A model generated the notes under the pieces. That model searched no databases. It saw only the letters and a program-made list of their open reading frames with translations, and was not told the origin of the DNA. Shown piece after piece: positions 51,032 to 61,988 of a stretch of 64,000 nucleotides of DNA. The stretch covers positions 11,529 through 75,528 of the forward strand of contig JARBUI010000006.1 of the NCBI GenBank assembly GCA_029239755.1, written 5' to 3'. Source of the stretch: Clostridia bacterium (GTDB taxonomy: Bacteria; Bacillota; Clostridia; Lachnospirales; Cellulosilyticaceae). The position numbers were made by a program, and so were the translations under genes. Every line of letters begins with the position of its first letter. Position 1 is the first letter of the stretch.

Positions 51032-53206
51032 TTAGTTTAAGCCACTTGTAGCATCTGGATATCCTTTGAATTTATCAACACTATCAAGCGTATAGATGAT
51101 TGGTGCTCCTAAAATAACAACATTATTATCAAGAATTTCATGTGCTGGTTCATACATTTCATCACCTAGCTTACTTGCTCCAGATAATTTAGATGTATAA
51201 GTTTTATCCCCTAGTTTTACATTTCCGTTAATTAAGTCGGTTGCGTAGTTAACAGCAAGGTAACCAAGGTCATATGGCTGCCATAAAACAACAGATTTTA
51301 TAAGTCCTGACTCCATGTCTGCTTTTGCAGATACAGGTACTGCAACTGATTGAATAGCTACACTGCCAGCTGGTTTGTTAAGGTCTTTACAAGCTTTTGC
51401 TACAGCTGGTCCTGCCATTGATGAAAGTGCAAATACACCTGCAAGGTCAGATACTTGTGTCATAAGTGTATTAACTTTAGTATCAGCCTCTGACTGGTTG
51501 TTCCCAGCATAGATAATGTTTTCATAGAATTTGAAGTTTTTATAATCTGTATCTTTTTTAGATTCATATTCAGCCTGAATTGCTGCTATCCAAGCATTTT
51601 GATTAGATGAGTTGGGATCTGATGAAACAACTGCAATAGTTCCGCCTTCTGGACAGTCCTGAGCCATACCTTTCATAAGTGTTGTTCCAAGACCAACTTC
51701 TGTTGCTTGATTGATAAAAGCATCTCTTGCTTCTGGAACGACATCTGCATCCCATGTTATTACTTTAATTCCTTTATCCATTGCTTGCTTTAATGTATCA
51801 GCATAACTTTGTGCGTCAAGTGCTGAAACTAAAATTGCGTCATATTCTTTGTCTATAAAAGTTTGAATAAATGCTTGTTGTTTTGCTGCTGATTCTTGTC
51901 CTGATGGATCCCCTTGCCAATCAAGTGTTACACCTAAATCTTCAGCCGCTTTCTTAGCTCCATTTTCGCAGGCAATGAAATAGTCAACTCCTGTAAACTT
52001 AGGAATCATTCCTATTTTAATATCTTTCTTTTCTGCTGCTGGTGCTTCTTCGCTTTTTGTTTCTGCTGCTGGTGCTTCTGCTGCAGCTTCCTTGTTTTCT
52101 GCTGCTGGCTTAGTTGATGTACCGCATCCAACTGTACTTAAAATTAACATTGCAGATAAAAACATTGACATAAACTTTTTCATTATTTTTCCCCCTGAAA
52201 TATGATTTTGACTTTCTTGTTTTGCTTTCTTTTTACCTTTTTTAATTTTTGCTTGCCCATTTATAAAAGATAATACAATAAGGCATATAACTAGAATGAT
52301 TCCTAGTATGAAATTATACCTATCACCTCCTATACCAATTAACGAAAGACCTTTTCTTAGTACAGCAAGAACTAATACGGCAATGACTGTTCCAGACATT
52401 GAACCAATGCCTCCTACTATACTCGTTCCTCCTAAAACTACAGCTGTAATTGTTTCTAGATTTATATTAATCCCTATGTCAGGTTTTGCTGCCGGCAGCC
52501 TGCAAAGGTACACTATGGCTGCAAGAGATGCCATTAATCCAGACAGTACGTATATGCCAAACTTTATTTTATCTACTCTTATTCCGCTAAAGTGTACAAC
52601 AGCTTCATTGTGACCCATAGCCCGTAAATATCTTCCAAGTTCTGTCCTATTAAACACATACCAAAAAATAACGGCAAGAACTAAAAAGAGTACAAATTGA
52701 TAAGGTATAACTGAAAACAACTTGTGCTTGACTAAAAATGCCATACCTTTTGGAAAATTACTAAATATCTTAGTACCTGCTACAATCTTAGCCAAACCAG
52801 TAAATAGAGAAAATGTAGCTAGTGTTGTAACAAGTGGAGATATATTAGTCTTAGCAATGATAATGCCATTTAAGCTTCCACACATTGCACCTGCTAAAAA
52901 ACAACCTGCTATGGCAAGCGGCATACTGCCACTTAGTTCATACACTTGCCCTAATACAATAGCACTAAATGCCATAATGAACCCTACTGATAAATCAATC
53001 CCTCCAGTTACTATAATGAAGGTCATCGCAAGAGCCATTAACCCAGTCTCCATAACATTCTCTGTCAATCCAAACAGCACATTAGGTTTTAATAAAACTC
53101 CCTCGGATAAGTTGTTAAAAACTAATACCAACGCTATAAGTATGATAAACAATACTGTTTGATAAGTTACTTTGAATTTAAAGTTTAGTCCCTTATTATT
53201 TTTCAT
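51032..53206 (-). CDS. In-frame fused sugar ABC permease + substrate-binding lipoprotein (RhaQ/RhaS-like)
   Basis: Permease motifs GGIDLSVG and AVVLGGTSIVGG. Internal RBS and ATG at 52183 with lipobox TVGC, then binding-protein motifs IPKFTGVDYF and VLWQPYDLGY. Start set at ATG 53206 after GGAGGG. Confidence 0.85.
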   Translation of the reverse strand: MKNNKGLNFKFKVTYQTVLFIILIALVLVFNNLSEGVLLKPNVLFGLTENVMETGLMALAMTFIIVTGGIDLSVGFIMAFSAIVLGQVYELSGSMPLAIAGCFLAGAMCGSLNGIIIAKTNISPLVTTLATFSLFTGLAKIVAGTKIFSNFPKGMAFLVKHKLFSVIPYQFVLFLVLAVIFWYVFNRTELGRYLRAMGHNEAVVHFSGIRVDKIKFGIYVLSGLMASLAAIVYLCRLPAAKPDIGININLETITAVVLGGTSIVGGIGSMSGTVIAVLVLAVLRKGLSLIGIGGDRYNFILGIILVICLIVLSFINGQAKIKKGKKKAKQESQNHISGGKIMKKFMSMFLSAMLILSTVGCGTSTKPAAENKEAAAEAPAAETKSEEAPAAEKKDIKIGMIPKFTGVDYFIACENGAKKAAEDLGVTLDWQGDPSGQESAAKQQAFIQTFIDKEYDAILVSALDAQSYADTLKQAMDKGIKVITWDADVVPEARDAFINQATEVGLGTTLMKGMAQDCPEGGTIAVVSSDPNSSNQNAWIAAIQAEYESKKDTDYKNFKFYENIIYAGNNQSEADTKVNTLMTQVSDLAGVFALSSMAGPAVAKACKDLNKPAGSVAIQSVAVPVSAKADMESGLIKSVVLWQPYDLGYLAVNYATDLINGNVKLGDKTYTSKLSGASKLGDEMYEPAHEILDNNVVILGAPIIYTLDSVDKFKGYPDATSGLN

Positions 53207-54224
53207 TGGTATTCCCTCCGCAACAAACAACTTCTTTATTATTGCCAAATAATTTCTTAGAAATAGAGCTAAAATTAATGGCTGATGCTAATACTGCAAT
53301 AATAATAATAACTCCTTGGAAAGCATAACTATAGTAATCTTGAAGCCCGAAGAATATCATAGCTCTTGTGAGAAGTGCTACCAGGAAAGTCCCTACAAAA
53401 GTTCCCCATAGATTCCCTTTTCCTCCTGCAACACTAGTTCCTCCTACAACTGTAGTCGTTATAAACATCATCTCCATACCATAGGACGAATTAGCTTGAA
53501 CCATTTGCTTATTTGTGTAAAATAGAACTGCTGCTATACCAACTAGTGCTCCAGCTATTAAATAGGTAATAAATACTGTTTTATCAGGATTAATACCTGC
53601 CAAAGTTGATGCATGTGCATTCCCTCCAACAGCGTATATTTTTTTAGAAAAACGTGAGGACTTCATGTATATAACTGAGATTATAAAAACTAGCAGGGCA
53701 ATTATAAATACAACTGGAAAATATGTCAGCATATTCGTTGATCCCATTAAGGTGAAGTTTGGTCCCATATTCTCTACCCATCCACCTGCAGGGAGCAGTG
53801 TGAAAAGACCCATGTGAATGGTCATAAGAGCCAGTGATGCCACCATTGCAGGAACTTTAAATACTGTTACAATTACACCATTTATCCCTGCAAATATTAA
53901 CCCTGTAATAATTGCAACTGGTATAAATATGTACCATTCAAATCCCAGCTTAGCTACATAAGCTGCAAAGTATCCTGCGAGCCCCATGGTTGTCCCCATA
54001 GAAAGATCTGTATTTCCCGTAAGAAATAGAATAGTCATTGCAATGGAAGCAACTAATATGTAGGCAATATCCCTAAAATAAGCTTGAAGTCCAGCAGCAG
54101 TTTTAAAATTTGTAGTGGCAAAAAGGATAATAAAAAATATTAAAGTAAATAATCCCAAAATAAATTCTCTTGATTTAAGCATTATAACTAGTTTATTTTG
54201 CTTTTTCATAATTGTTCTCCTCAA
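53196..54224 (-). CDS. Sugar ABC transporter permease
   Basis: TGNTDLSMG, IYAVGGN, VVGGTSVAGGKG. Confidence 0.93.
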   Translation of the reverse strand: MRRTIMKKQNKLVIMLKSREFILGLFTLIFFIILFATTNFKTAAGLQAYFRDIAYILVASIAMTILFLTGNTDLSMGTTMGLAGYFAAYVAKLGFEWYIFIPVAIITGLIFAGINGVIVTVFKVPAMVASLALMTIHMGLFTLLPAGGWVENMGPNFTLMGSTNMLTYFPVVFIIALLVFIISVIYMKSSRFSKKIYAVGGNAHASTLAGINPDKTVFITYLIAGALVGIAAVLFYTNKQMVQANSSYGMEMMFITTTVVGGTSVAGGKGNLWGTFVGTFLVALLTRAMIFFGLQDYYSYAFQGVIIIIAVLASAINFSSISKKLFGNNKEVVCCGGNTNEK

Positions 54225-54237
54225 TTAAATATAGGAT

Positions 54238-55725
54238 TTATAGTGCAACTGTGAGCACTTTTTCTTGTGTCACTTGATCTCCCATAAATTCTCCTGCGAT
54301 CTTCCCTTCTTTCATGACATACACCCTATCGGCCATCCCTAAAATTTCAGGTAAATCACTTGAAATCATAATGATGGACAGCCCTTTACTTGCAAGTGTA
54401 CTAATCATTCTGTGTATTTCAGCTTTTGCTCCAACATCTACCCCTCTTGTAGGTTCATCAAGAATTAGAATTTTAGGTTCTACAGCTAATGCTTTTGCAA
54501 CTGATACCTTTTGCTGATTACCTCCTGACAGATTATTGATAGTAAAATCAGAGTGTGGTGTCTTGATAGATAATGAGTCTATATAACCTTGGCACATACT
54601 TTCCTCTTCTTTAAACTTAATACCAAAAAGATTAGATAAGCGGCTTAATATAGGCATTGTCAGATTCTCTTTTACGCTCATTGCAACAACAAGACCCTTG
54701 TCTTTCCTGTCTTCTGATACATATACCAGCCCGTTTCTCATAGCATCTCTATAACTATTAATACAAACTGGTTTCCCATCTATAATGATTTCTCCAGTGT
54801 CTTTTTGTGAAAAGCCACAAATAGCGAAAGCAAGTTCTGTTCTCCCGGATCCCCCAAGACCAGCTATCCCTAGTATTTCTCCTTTTCGGAGATGAAGGTT
54901 TATATCTCTAAGAACATGATATTGATTAAGTTTTTTAACTTCTAACACATTGTCTCCTAGGTCAACCTGTACCTTAGGATAAAGTTCATCTACTGATCTT
55001 CCAACCATCCAAGAAATAAGCTGGTTTGAAGTAACTTCTTTTGTATGAGCTGTAGCTACATACTGCCCATCTCTTACTACAGTAACCCTATCTGCAATTT
55101 CAAATATTTCCTCAAGCCTGTGACTGATATAGACCATTGAAACTCCATCACTCTTTAATCTTGCAATGGTCTCAAAGAGTGCACGTACTTCTCTGTTAGT
55201 TAATGCTGCTGTTGGCTCATCTAATATTAAAATCTCTGCTTCATATGAGAGTGCCTTGGCTATTTCAATCATCTGCTTAGTTGCAACGCCAAGCTTGCTT
55301 ACTAACCCGTCTAGGTCTATATCTATCCCAAGCTTGTTAAATATTTGAATTGCTTTTTTTCTCATCTCAGCATAATCAATGACTTTTATACCCGCTATAC
55401 ATTTTATAGGTTCATGACCTATAAAGATATTTTCTAATACTGTGAGTTCAGGAAACAAGCTTGTTTCCTGATAAATGATGGCTATCCCTTTTGAATAAGC
55501 ATCATTAGGATTTTTGATTTTTACTGGTTCACCCTTTAAGATCATTTCTCCTTGATCGGGCTTGTATACACCTGTTATCACTTTCATCAATGTGGACTTT
55601 CCGGCTCCATTTTCTCCGCATACAGCATGCAGTTCACCTTTTTCTAGCTGTAACTGCATATTATCAAGTGCCTTAACTCCTGGAAATTCCTTAACAACAT
55701 CTTTGAGCTCCAATACGCAACTCAT
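54238..55725 (-). CDS. Sugar ABC transporter ATP-binding protein (CUT2)
   Basis: GENGAGKSTLMK, DEPTAAL, LSGGNQQKV, DEPTRGVDVGAK. Confidence 0.96.
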   Translation of the reverse strand: MSCVLELKDVVKEFPGVKALDNMQLQLEKGELHAVCGENGAGKSTLMKVITGVYKPDQGEMILKGEPVKIKNPNDAYSKGIAIIYQETSLFPELTVLENIFIGHEPIKCIAGIKVIDYAEMRKKAIQIFNKLGIDIDLDGLVSKLGVATKQMIEIAKALSYEAEILILDEPTAALTNREVRALFETIARLKSDGVSMVYISHRLEEIFEIADRVTVVRDGQYVATAHTKEVTSNQLISWMVGRSVDELYPKVQVDLGDNVLEVKKLNQYHVLRDINLHLRKGEILGIAGLGGSGRTELAFAICGFSQKDTGEIIIDGKPVCINSYRDAMRNGLVYVSEDRKDKGLVVAMSVKENLTMPILSRLSNLFGIKFKEEESMCQGYIDSLSIKTPHSDFTINNLSGGNQQKVSVAKALAVEPKILILDEPTRGVDVGAKAEIHRMISTLASKGLSIIMISSDLPEILGMADRVYVMKEGKIAGEFMGDQVTQEKVLTVAL

Positions 55726-56027
55726 AGTCTTTTCACCCCTTATCTAGTAGAGTCAGTCAACGTATTCATTTCAATCTGTTTACATAAAGCGCTTATTCTA
55801 AAGCAACATATCCATATAAATCTATTTACTTCAACAGCACTTATACTTTTTGCACGAATAGTGCTCTATTCATATTCTGAATTATATCAATGTTTCAAGA
55901 AACCATCAATAGATGGTGGTCAAGTAGGTTATTTCGCACAAATTAACTTCCAAATGCGTAAATATATTCTTTAATGAGCAAGTTAAATGCGCAAACGTAC
56001 ACATCTTATTGGTTTTACTTCTATTTC

Positions 56028-57191
56028 CTACAAATCTTTTCCTGCTTCTTGCATACATTCTTTAAGTCTTTTTACAAAGTACATGTAATCTTCCATAGAT
56101 GTCGATGGTGCTACTTGATGGTCTGTTCCAGGCATGTAACCCCCTTGTCTTATAACTGGCATAATCCTTTCAAATTCCTTATCAATGGCTACTTTGCCTG
56201 CTGCAATGCATAACTTATTATACCCCCCAATTAACTTTAAGCTTGGATACTGCTTTCTTACTTCTACAATATCTACTCCTGCATTAACATCCAGTGGTAG
56301 GAATCCCTCTACTCCTGCTTCTAAAAAATTAGGAATAAGGGCCGTAAAATCTCCGTCCGTATCTACAAAAACATTTTTAACTCCGCATTCTTTTATCTTA
56401 GGGATAAGTATCTTATAGTATGCTCCTACAAACTCATCAAAATGCTCTTTTGACAGCATAGGTCCATTAGCACCGCTTAAGTCTTCCATAATATAAACAA
56501 CATCTGCTGGAATAAGCTTTAAAACCTTAATAACTTTATCTAAGTATAATTCAAGCATAAATGCGTTAATGTCATGAATGAGTTCAGGATAATCATAAAA
56601 TGCATACATATGTGGTTCTATGTCCATAAGATCTCTCGGTGTCCAGAAAAACCCCGGAATATTTAGCCTTACAGAATATTCTCCTGCTTCATGACCTGCT
56701 TTTAAATGGCCAAATTCCTTTACTATTGCTTCATCTGTGTAATACTTTCCTATTTCTTGTTTTGCCTTTTCTTTTACTTGCTGCCAGTCTTCTTCGCAAG
56801 TAACAAGCGGCTTAATGACATGCTCGAACTCACTGCCCTTTATCCTTTTAACAATGTACCCTCTTGTATCTTGCCATACTTCATGATCATCATGTTTTTC
56901 AAGCAGTTTTTCTTCATAGGCAAAAGGATACCATACTGTAATTCTTTTAACGCCATCAAAGCCAAAAAACTTCTCAAACTGGTAATACCATTCTGTACTT
57001 CTGCTACTAAGATATGCATAATCATTATTGCCTGATTGCCTATCAAACTTATTGAGTTCATCTATAGGTAATCCTTCTTTCGCCCATCTGTCCACAGTTA
57101 ATGTCCAAGGATAAAAAGTTTCTTGTACTGCTCCTCTATCTAACCCTTTTTTAAATCCTAAGGTAGCATTTTCTCTTTCTCTGCAATTCAT
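56028..57191 (-). CDS. Uroporphyrinogen decarboxylase/MtaA-like superfamily protein
   Basis: EDLSG..GPMLS..F.EF..YY, DTDGD, GGYNK, GGYMPGTDHQV.P. Confidence 0.8.
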   Translation of the reverse strand: MNCRERENATLGFKKGLDRGAVQETFYPWTLTVDRWAKEGLPIDELNKFDRQSGNNDYAYLSSRSTEWYYQFEKFFGFDGVKRITVWYPFAYEEKLLEKHDDHEVWQDTRGYIVKRIKGSEFEHVIKPLVTCEEDWQQVKEKAKQEIGKYYTDEAIVKEFGHLKAGHEAGEYSVRLNIPGFFWTPRDLMDIEPHMYAFYDYPELIHDINAFMLELYLDKVIKVLKLIPADVVYIMEDLSGANGPMLSKEHFDEFVGAYYKILIPKIKECGVKNVFVDTDGDFTALIPNFLEAGVEGFLPLDVNAGVDIVEVRKQYPSLKLIGGYNKLCIAAGKVAIDKEFERIMPVIRQGGYMPGTDHQVAPSTSMEDYMYFVKRLKECMQEAGKDL

Positions 57192-57415
57192 ACTGTAACC
57201 TCCTATATCAAGTTATATAGATAGTTTATACTATAAATATCTGTATCAAATAGAACAAAAACACCATAAAGTAGCACTAATACATTCATCTGTTTTGTTA
57301 TTCTCTCTAATTAATTCCAACTATTTATATATAATTTATAGGCTATTCTCACTTTTCAAATCCTAAACCCAAAGAAAAAATTACTAAAAAAAGCACTAGA
57401 TTGTTCATTCCTCAT

Positions 57416-58372
57416 CTAGTGCTTTTTAATATAATCTTTTGGCGTTATCCCTGTTGTTTTTTTAAATAACCTTGCAAAATAATTTGCATCATCAATACCC
57501 ACTTTATTTGCAATCTCGGTTATATTATGTTGTCCTATGTTAAGATATTTCATGGCTTTAGTGACTCTTAACTTATTAATATACTGAACAGGCGTAAGAC
57601 CTGTTACTTGTTTGAAAGTTCTCCTAAAGTGATTAGAACTAAGAAAAGCCTTCTGAGCAATTTTTTCAATACATAATTCTTGTTCCAGATGTTCTTCTAT
57701 ATATTTTATTGCCTCATATATTTCTTTTTTACTGTCCCCTAAAAGTTCTCTGTCCTTTTGGAACTGTCTGTCCCAAACTCTTCCTAAATGTACAAGAATA
57801 ATCATTAACCATGCCTTTAAAGCAATATCTTTTGCTGCATATTCTTTAAACTGCTCCTCATGCATCCTATCAAAAATATCTCGTATAAATACTAAATCAT
57901 CCGTATTTAAATGCAAGACTTGCTGTTCTTCTGTACATAGCCTAAAAGCAGGCTCTACCATAATAAAGTTAAATGAGCCTCCTACATTTTTTAGTTCTGT
58001 CCAATCTTCTCCAAGTGCCTTAGGGTAGAACAGACAATTATATATAACTGTTTCTTTTGTAATCTCATAGCAATGCTCTTCATCAGGAAGCACAACAAAA
58101 ATGTCTCCCAATACAACAGGAACTTCTTTTCCGTTATATTTATGAGAACAACTTCCAGACACAATTAACACCAATTCTATAAAGTCGTGTTTGTGAGGCA
58201 AAACTGCTTTGCTCCCCTTAAACTTACTTATACATATCCCTTGTTCACTTTTCAGGACCCATTCTATATAATTTTCTTCGCTTAAATCTGCCCACTTTTT
58301 ATAATCCTCTTGACTTTTCTTTGTCCATTCACCATAATGTTCCTCACTCTTTATAGACGTTTTAACATCCAT
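57416..58372 (-). CDS. AraC-family regulator (RhaR/RhaS-like)
   Basis: Cupin HKHDFIEL plus double HTH (ITEIA..VG..DANYFARLFKK.TG.TP). Confidence 0.93.
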   Translation of the reverse strand: MDVKTSIKSEEHYGEWTKKSQEDYKKWADLSEENYIEWVLKSEQGICISKFKGSKAVLPHKHDFIELVLIVSGSCSHKYNGKEVPVVLGDIFVVLPDEEHCYEITKETVIYNCLFYPKALGEDWTELKNVGGSFNFIMVEPAFRLCTEEQQVLHLNTDDLVFIRDIFDRMHEEQFKEYAAKDIALKAWLMIILVHLGRVWDRQFQKDRELLGDSKKEIYEAIKYIEEHLEQELCIEKIAQKAFLSSNHFRRTFKQVTGLTPVQYINKLRVTKAMKYLNIGQHNITEIANKVGIDDANYFARLFKKTTGITPKDYIKKH

Positions 58373-58711
58373 CTTCCCACCCTCTAATATATCTCAATTA
58401 ATTACTAACCCTTACTGCTGCCTACTCTACAGTATATCATTAATTAAGTTAAAATAATAAGGTATATTTTTGTAATGCTAAGCCTCGATATCTAATCTTA
58501 TCATTTATTGCAATTAGATTTTCCCGCCTAGAACATAAGACTATAAATAGTTGAGATACTAAAAATATATGTTAATTAGCATATAGGATTATGTAAGGGA
58601 AATATAATATAAAAAAATAGTACTATTAGTTTTAATAGTACCGTTTTTGGCATCCTATAATAGTAAAGGGACTGTCGCTGGAGTTGTAAGCCAAAAACCA
58701 AAAGAAATTTT

Positions 58712-59026
58712 TTATTTATGATAAAACATCATTTCAAGTTCCTTTACAGTTCCAGTACTTTCATCTAGCTCTACATACATTACATCTTCCATATACTTAT
58801 TCCACTTGTCTACAACTGGACTTTGAGACAACACTTTATTACTATGTTCCCTATCCTCTACTTCATAGTAACCAAACAAACTATGATCAACATGCCATAT
58901 TGTATAATTATGGATACCGGCCTCATTAAGTACTTCTGTCATCTCTGGCCATATTTCATCGTGCCTTCTTTTATACTCTTCTTTTTTTCCCTCTTTTAAT
59001 GTAAGTTTCCATGCTATTCTTTCCAT
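58712..59026 (-). CDS. rhaM: L-rhamnose mutarotase
   Basis: EEYKRRHDEIWPEM..L..AGIHNYTIW..LFGY.E..KW..YM. Confidence 0.92.
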   Translation of the reverse strand: MERIAWKLTLKEGKKEEYKRRHDEIWPEMTEVLNEAGIHNYTIWHVDHSLFGYYEVEDREHSNKVLSQSPVVDKWNKYMEDVMYVELDESTGTVKELEMMFYHK

Positions 59027-59209
59027 ATTCCCTCCTCGTATAATATCTTATTTTTTATAATATATCATATTCTTAAAAAATAAATAACTTTTTATGCTTC
59101 TATAAAGAGAGCATGGCCCTCCCTTATAAGTGCCCCTACACTATAAAGGATCTCGCGACTATGCTCTCTTTCTGAACTATTTAAGCCTGTTTATTCTAAT
59201 AAGATATAT

Positions 59210-59875
59210 TTATATACAGCTTCTAAGCTTTGTGCCTGCCTCTACAATAGTCATATCTTTTCTAAATAATCCAGCTGTACCTGCTACAAAATTATTTGCA
59301 CCAGCTTTTTTCATACGCACAGCATTTTCAAAGCTTACATTACCATCTACTTGAATAGCTATATTGCCTTTATTATGTTTATCCAAGTAAGCTCTTAATT
59401 CAGTAATCTTATCTAGGGTAGCTTCAACTAACGCTTGCCCTGCATAACCTGGATTTACTGTCATGATGAGAACAAAGTCAATCACATCAAGCACATATTC
59501 TATCAAATTGATAGGAGTAGCTGGATTAAGTGCAACGCCTGTTATAATACCTTTTTTCTTGAGGTTTGCCAGCACTCTTTGCAGGTGATGGGTACTTTCA
59601 ACATGAATAGAAACCACATCGCCTTCTTTTAGATCAAAGTATTCTAGTTTTTGCTCTGGATGCTCAACCATCATATGTATATCAAATGGTATATTTGTCG
59701 CAGTTCTAAGATTATTGATCATACAAGGGCCTAGAGCATAATTCGGAACAAAATCTCCATCCATAATATCAAAGTGTAAATAATCTATTCCAGCATCGCT
59801 TAATGCTTGTAAATCTTTCTTTGTATCTTTAAAATCCACACACATCATGGATGCAGATATTCCATTTTTCAACAT
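59210..59875 (-). CDS. Ribulose-phosphate 3-epimerase family (Rpe/AlsE-like)
   Basis: SASMMC, HFDIMDG.FVPN, DIHMM, MTVNPG, VDG. Confidence 0.9.
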   Translation of the reverse strand: MLKNGISASMMCVDFKDTKKDLQALSDAGIDYLHFDIMDGDFVPNYALGPCMINNLRTATNIPFDIHMMVEHPEQKLEYFDLKEGDVVSIHVESTHHLQRVLANLKKKGIITGVALNPATPINLIEYVLDVIDFVLIMTVNPGYAGQALVEATLDKITELRAYLDKHNKGNIAIQVDGNVSFENAVRMKKAGANNFVAGTAGLFRKDMTIVEAGTKLRSCI

Positions 59876-59886
59876 ATCCTTACCTC

Positions 59887-60933
59887 CTATGGTTTAACAA
59901 TTACTCTCATACCATCATGACTTTCTGCTCTTTCAAATGCCTCACTTATTTGATCAAGCGGAAAGCTTGCGGTTATAAATGGTTTAACATCTATTGTACC
60001 AGATGCCATAAGATCGATAGCCTTTTGGTGGTGAATAGGCATTGCGCCATGAGCCCCAGTGATGAATAATTCTTTATAGTGAATAGTATTTGTATTAAGG
60101 GTAACATTTTCCTTATCCTTTGGCAGACCACCAAAGAAATTCACAAATGCTCTATTTTTTGCCATGAGGAGAGCATCCTGCTGCGCTTCTGGAGCTGGAC
60201 AAGCTGTAAAGATTACATCTGCCCCTAATCCGCCAGTCTCTTCAAGTACTCGCCGAATAGCATTTTCTTCACTAGAACAAATAAATACATCTGCGTTAAC
60301 AACTTTTTTAGCCATTTCTAATCTGTGCTTAGATCTTTGTACTAGAATAACTTTAGCTGCTCCCATTTTCTTTACCACATTTGCCATCATACAGCCAATT
60401 GGTCCTGCCCCAATGATTACAACGTTGTCCCCCAGTTTAATTGGTGATAACTCAAGTGCATTCAGTACGCAGCCTAGAGGTTCTGCCATGGCAGCTTCTT
60501 CAAAGGTCATATTATCTGGTATTTTATGTACAGGCCCATAATTAACTACTATTTTATTGAGGGGAAGATATTCGGCAAATCCTCCCTGAAACTGGTAACC
60601 CATCGCATAATTGATTTGGCAGTTATTTCCTATCCCTGCTTCGCAGAAAGAACATTCTCCACATGGTATATCTGCCCCAATAGATACTTTTTCACCAACC
60701 TTAAACTTTGTAACGTTTTTCCCAACTTCTACTATTTCACCTGAAATTTCATGCCCAATAATAGCGGGGAAATTAACTCTGCTATTTCCTGAATGAAATA
60801 TACGTATATCTGAACCACATATTGCACAAGCCTTAACTTTAACCAATACACCATTCTCATCAACTACTGGTCTGTCTACTTCTTTTACTTCCATGCTATT
60901 AAGCTCTGTTACTACTGCTGCCTTCATTTTCAT
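59887..60933 (-). CDS. Zn-dependent polyol/sugar dehydrogenase
   Basis: CGSD, GHE, CGECSFC..C, GAGPIG. Confidence 0.92.
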   Translation of the reverse strand: MKMKAAVVTELNSMEVKEVDRPVVDENGVLVKVKACAICGSDIRIFHSGNSRVNFPAIIGHEISGEIVEVGKNVTKFKVGEKVSIGADIPCGECSFCEAGIGNNCQINYAMGYQFQGGFAEYLPLNKIVVNYGPVHKIPDNMTFEEAAMAEPLGCVLNALELSPIKLGDNVVIIGAGPIGCMMANVVKKMGAAKVILVQRSKHRLEMAKKVVNADVFICSSEENAIRRVLEETGGLGADVIFTACPAPEAQQDALLMAKNRAFVNFFGGLPKDKENVTLNTNTIHYKELFITGAHGAMPIHHQKAIDLMASGTIDVKPFITASFPLDQISEAFERAESHDGMRVIVKP

Positions 60934-60945
60934 CTAATCTCACTC

Positions 60946-61986
60946 CTATTCCATAATAAACATAACACGGTTAGAAAACTCTTTGCGGTCTCTTACCATT
61001 TCAAATGCTTCATTGCCATTCTCTAATTTGTATTTGTGGGTAATAAACTTTTTAACATCCATTTTTCCACTTGCCACAGTATCTAAAGCAATTTGCCAAT
61101 CATTTTTCTTTTGTGTATAGCTAGAATTCCAGGTCCCTACTACTGTTAATTGTTTTCTTAGGACTTCCCAATAGTCATGCTGGGGCAGATTCATATCCCC
61201 AATAGGATTACCCATCAGAACAACTTTACCTTGAGGTTTAACTACATTAAGACAGCCGCCTAATGCAGAGGCTACCCCCGCTCCTTCAATGGCTATGTCA
61301 GTTCCCTTGCCATTTGTTATCGCCATTATTTCTTCTTGCCAATTAGCTGATGCGTTATTAATAGCAAACTTATACCCCATCTCTTTAGCAAAGGCTAATT
61401 TGCGCTCATCTATATCAAGTAAAATAACTTTGCCTGCACCCCAAGCCTTTGCAAACTCAGCGAGCATAAGTCCAATAGCTCCTGCCCCAAAAATGGCTAT
61501 ACTATTCCCTAACTCTACTCCTACTTTAGATAAAGCATGCAAGGATACTGCTGCCGGTTCTGCCATCGCCATTTCTTCGTATGATAGTTCGCCTTCACAC
61601 ATAACTAAATTCCACACTGGCACAACGAGATATTCAGCAAATCCTCCATCACATCTTGAGCCAAAATAATTATAATTTCTACAAGAAGCATACTCACCAA
61701 TCTCACACATATCACACTTTTTACAAGGTAAAAGTGGTAATACAGCTGCCTTTTTACCGATTAACTTATCATTAACTCCCCTGCCAACTTCTACTATTTG
61801 TCCTGCAAATTCATGTCCTGGAATAGTTGGAAATGAGTAGGTTCCTTTTGTAAAGACACGGGCGATATCTGAACCACAAATTCCTGAAGCTTTTATTTTT
61901 AATAAAACTTCACCTTCTTTTGGTCTAGGAGTAGGCACATCTTCATATACTAAATGATTAATTGCTTTTAATACTAGTGCTTTCAT
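60946..61986 (-). CDS. Galactitol-1-phosphate 5-dehydrogenase-like Zn dehydrogenase
   Basis: CGSD, GHEFAG, GSRCDGGFAEY, GTWNS. Start set at ATG 61986. Confidence 0.85.
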   Translation of the reverse strand: MKALVLKAINHLVYEDVPTPRPKEGEVLLKIKASGICGSDIARVFTKGTYSFPTIPGHEFAGQIVEVGRGVNDKLIGKKAAVLPLLPCKKCDMCEIGEYASCRNYNYFGSRCDGGFAEYLVVPVWNLVMCEGELSYEEMAMAEPAAVSLHALSKVGVELGNSIAIFGAGAIGLMLAEFAKAWGAGKVILLDIDERKLAFAKEMGYKFAINNASANWQEEIMAITNGKGTDIAIEGAGVASALGGCLNVVKPQGKVVLMGNPIGDMNLPQHDYWEVLRKQLTVVGTWNSSYTQKKNDWQIALDTVASGKMDVKKFITHKYKLENGNEAFEMVRDRKEFSNRVMFIME

Positions 61987-61988
61987 TC

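Noticed and set aside
55785-55795. TAAAGCGCTTA as a cre/LacI operator upstream of the sugar ABC ATPase
   Set aside because: Only the central palindrome matches and the flanking TG..CA is absent; not supportable alone.
58665-58680. AAAGGGACTGTCGC resembling an IS/MITE terminus
   Set aside because: No partner inverted repeat or target duplication found.
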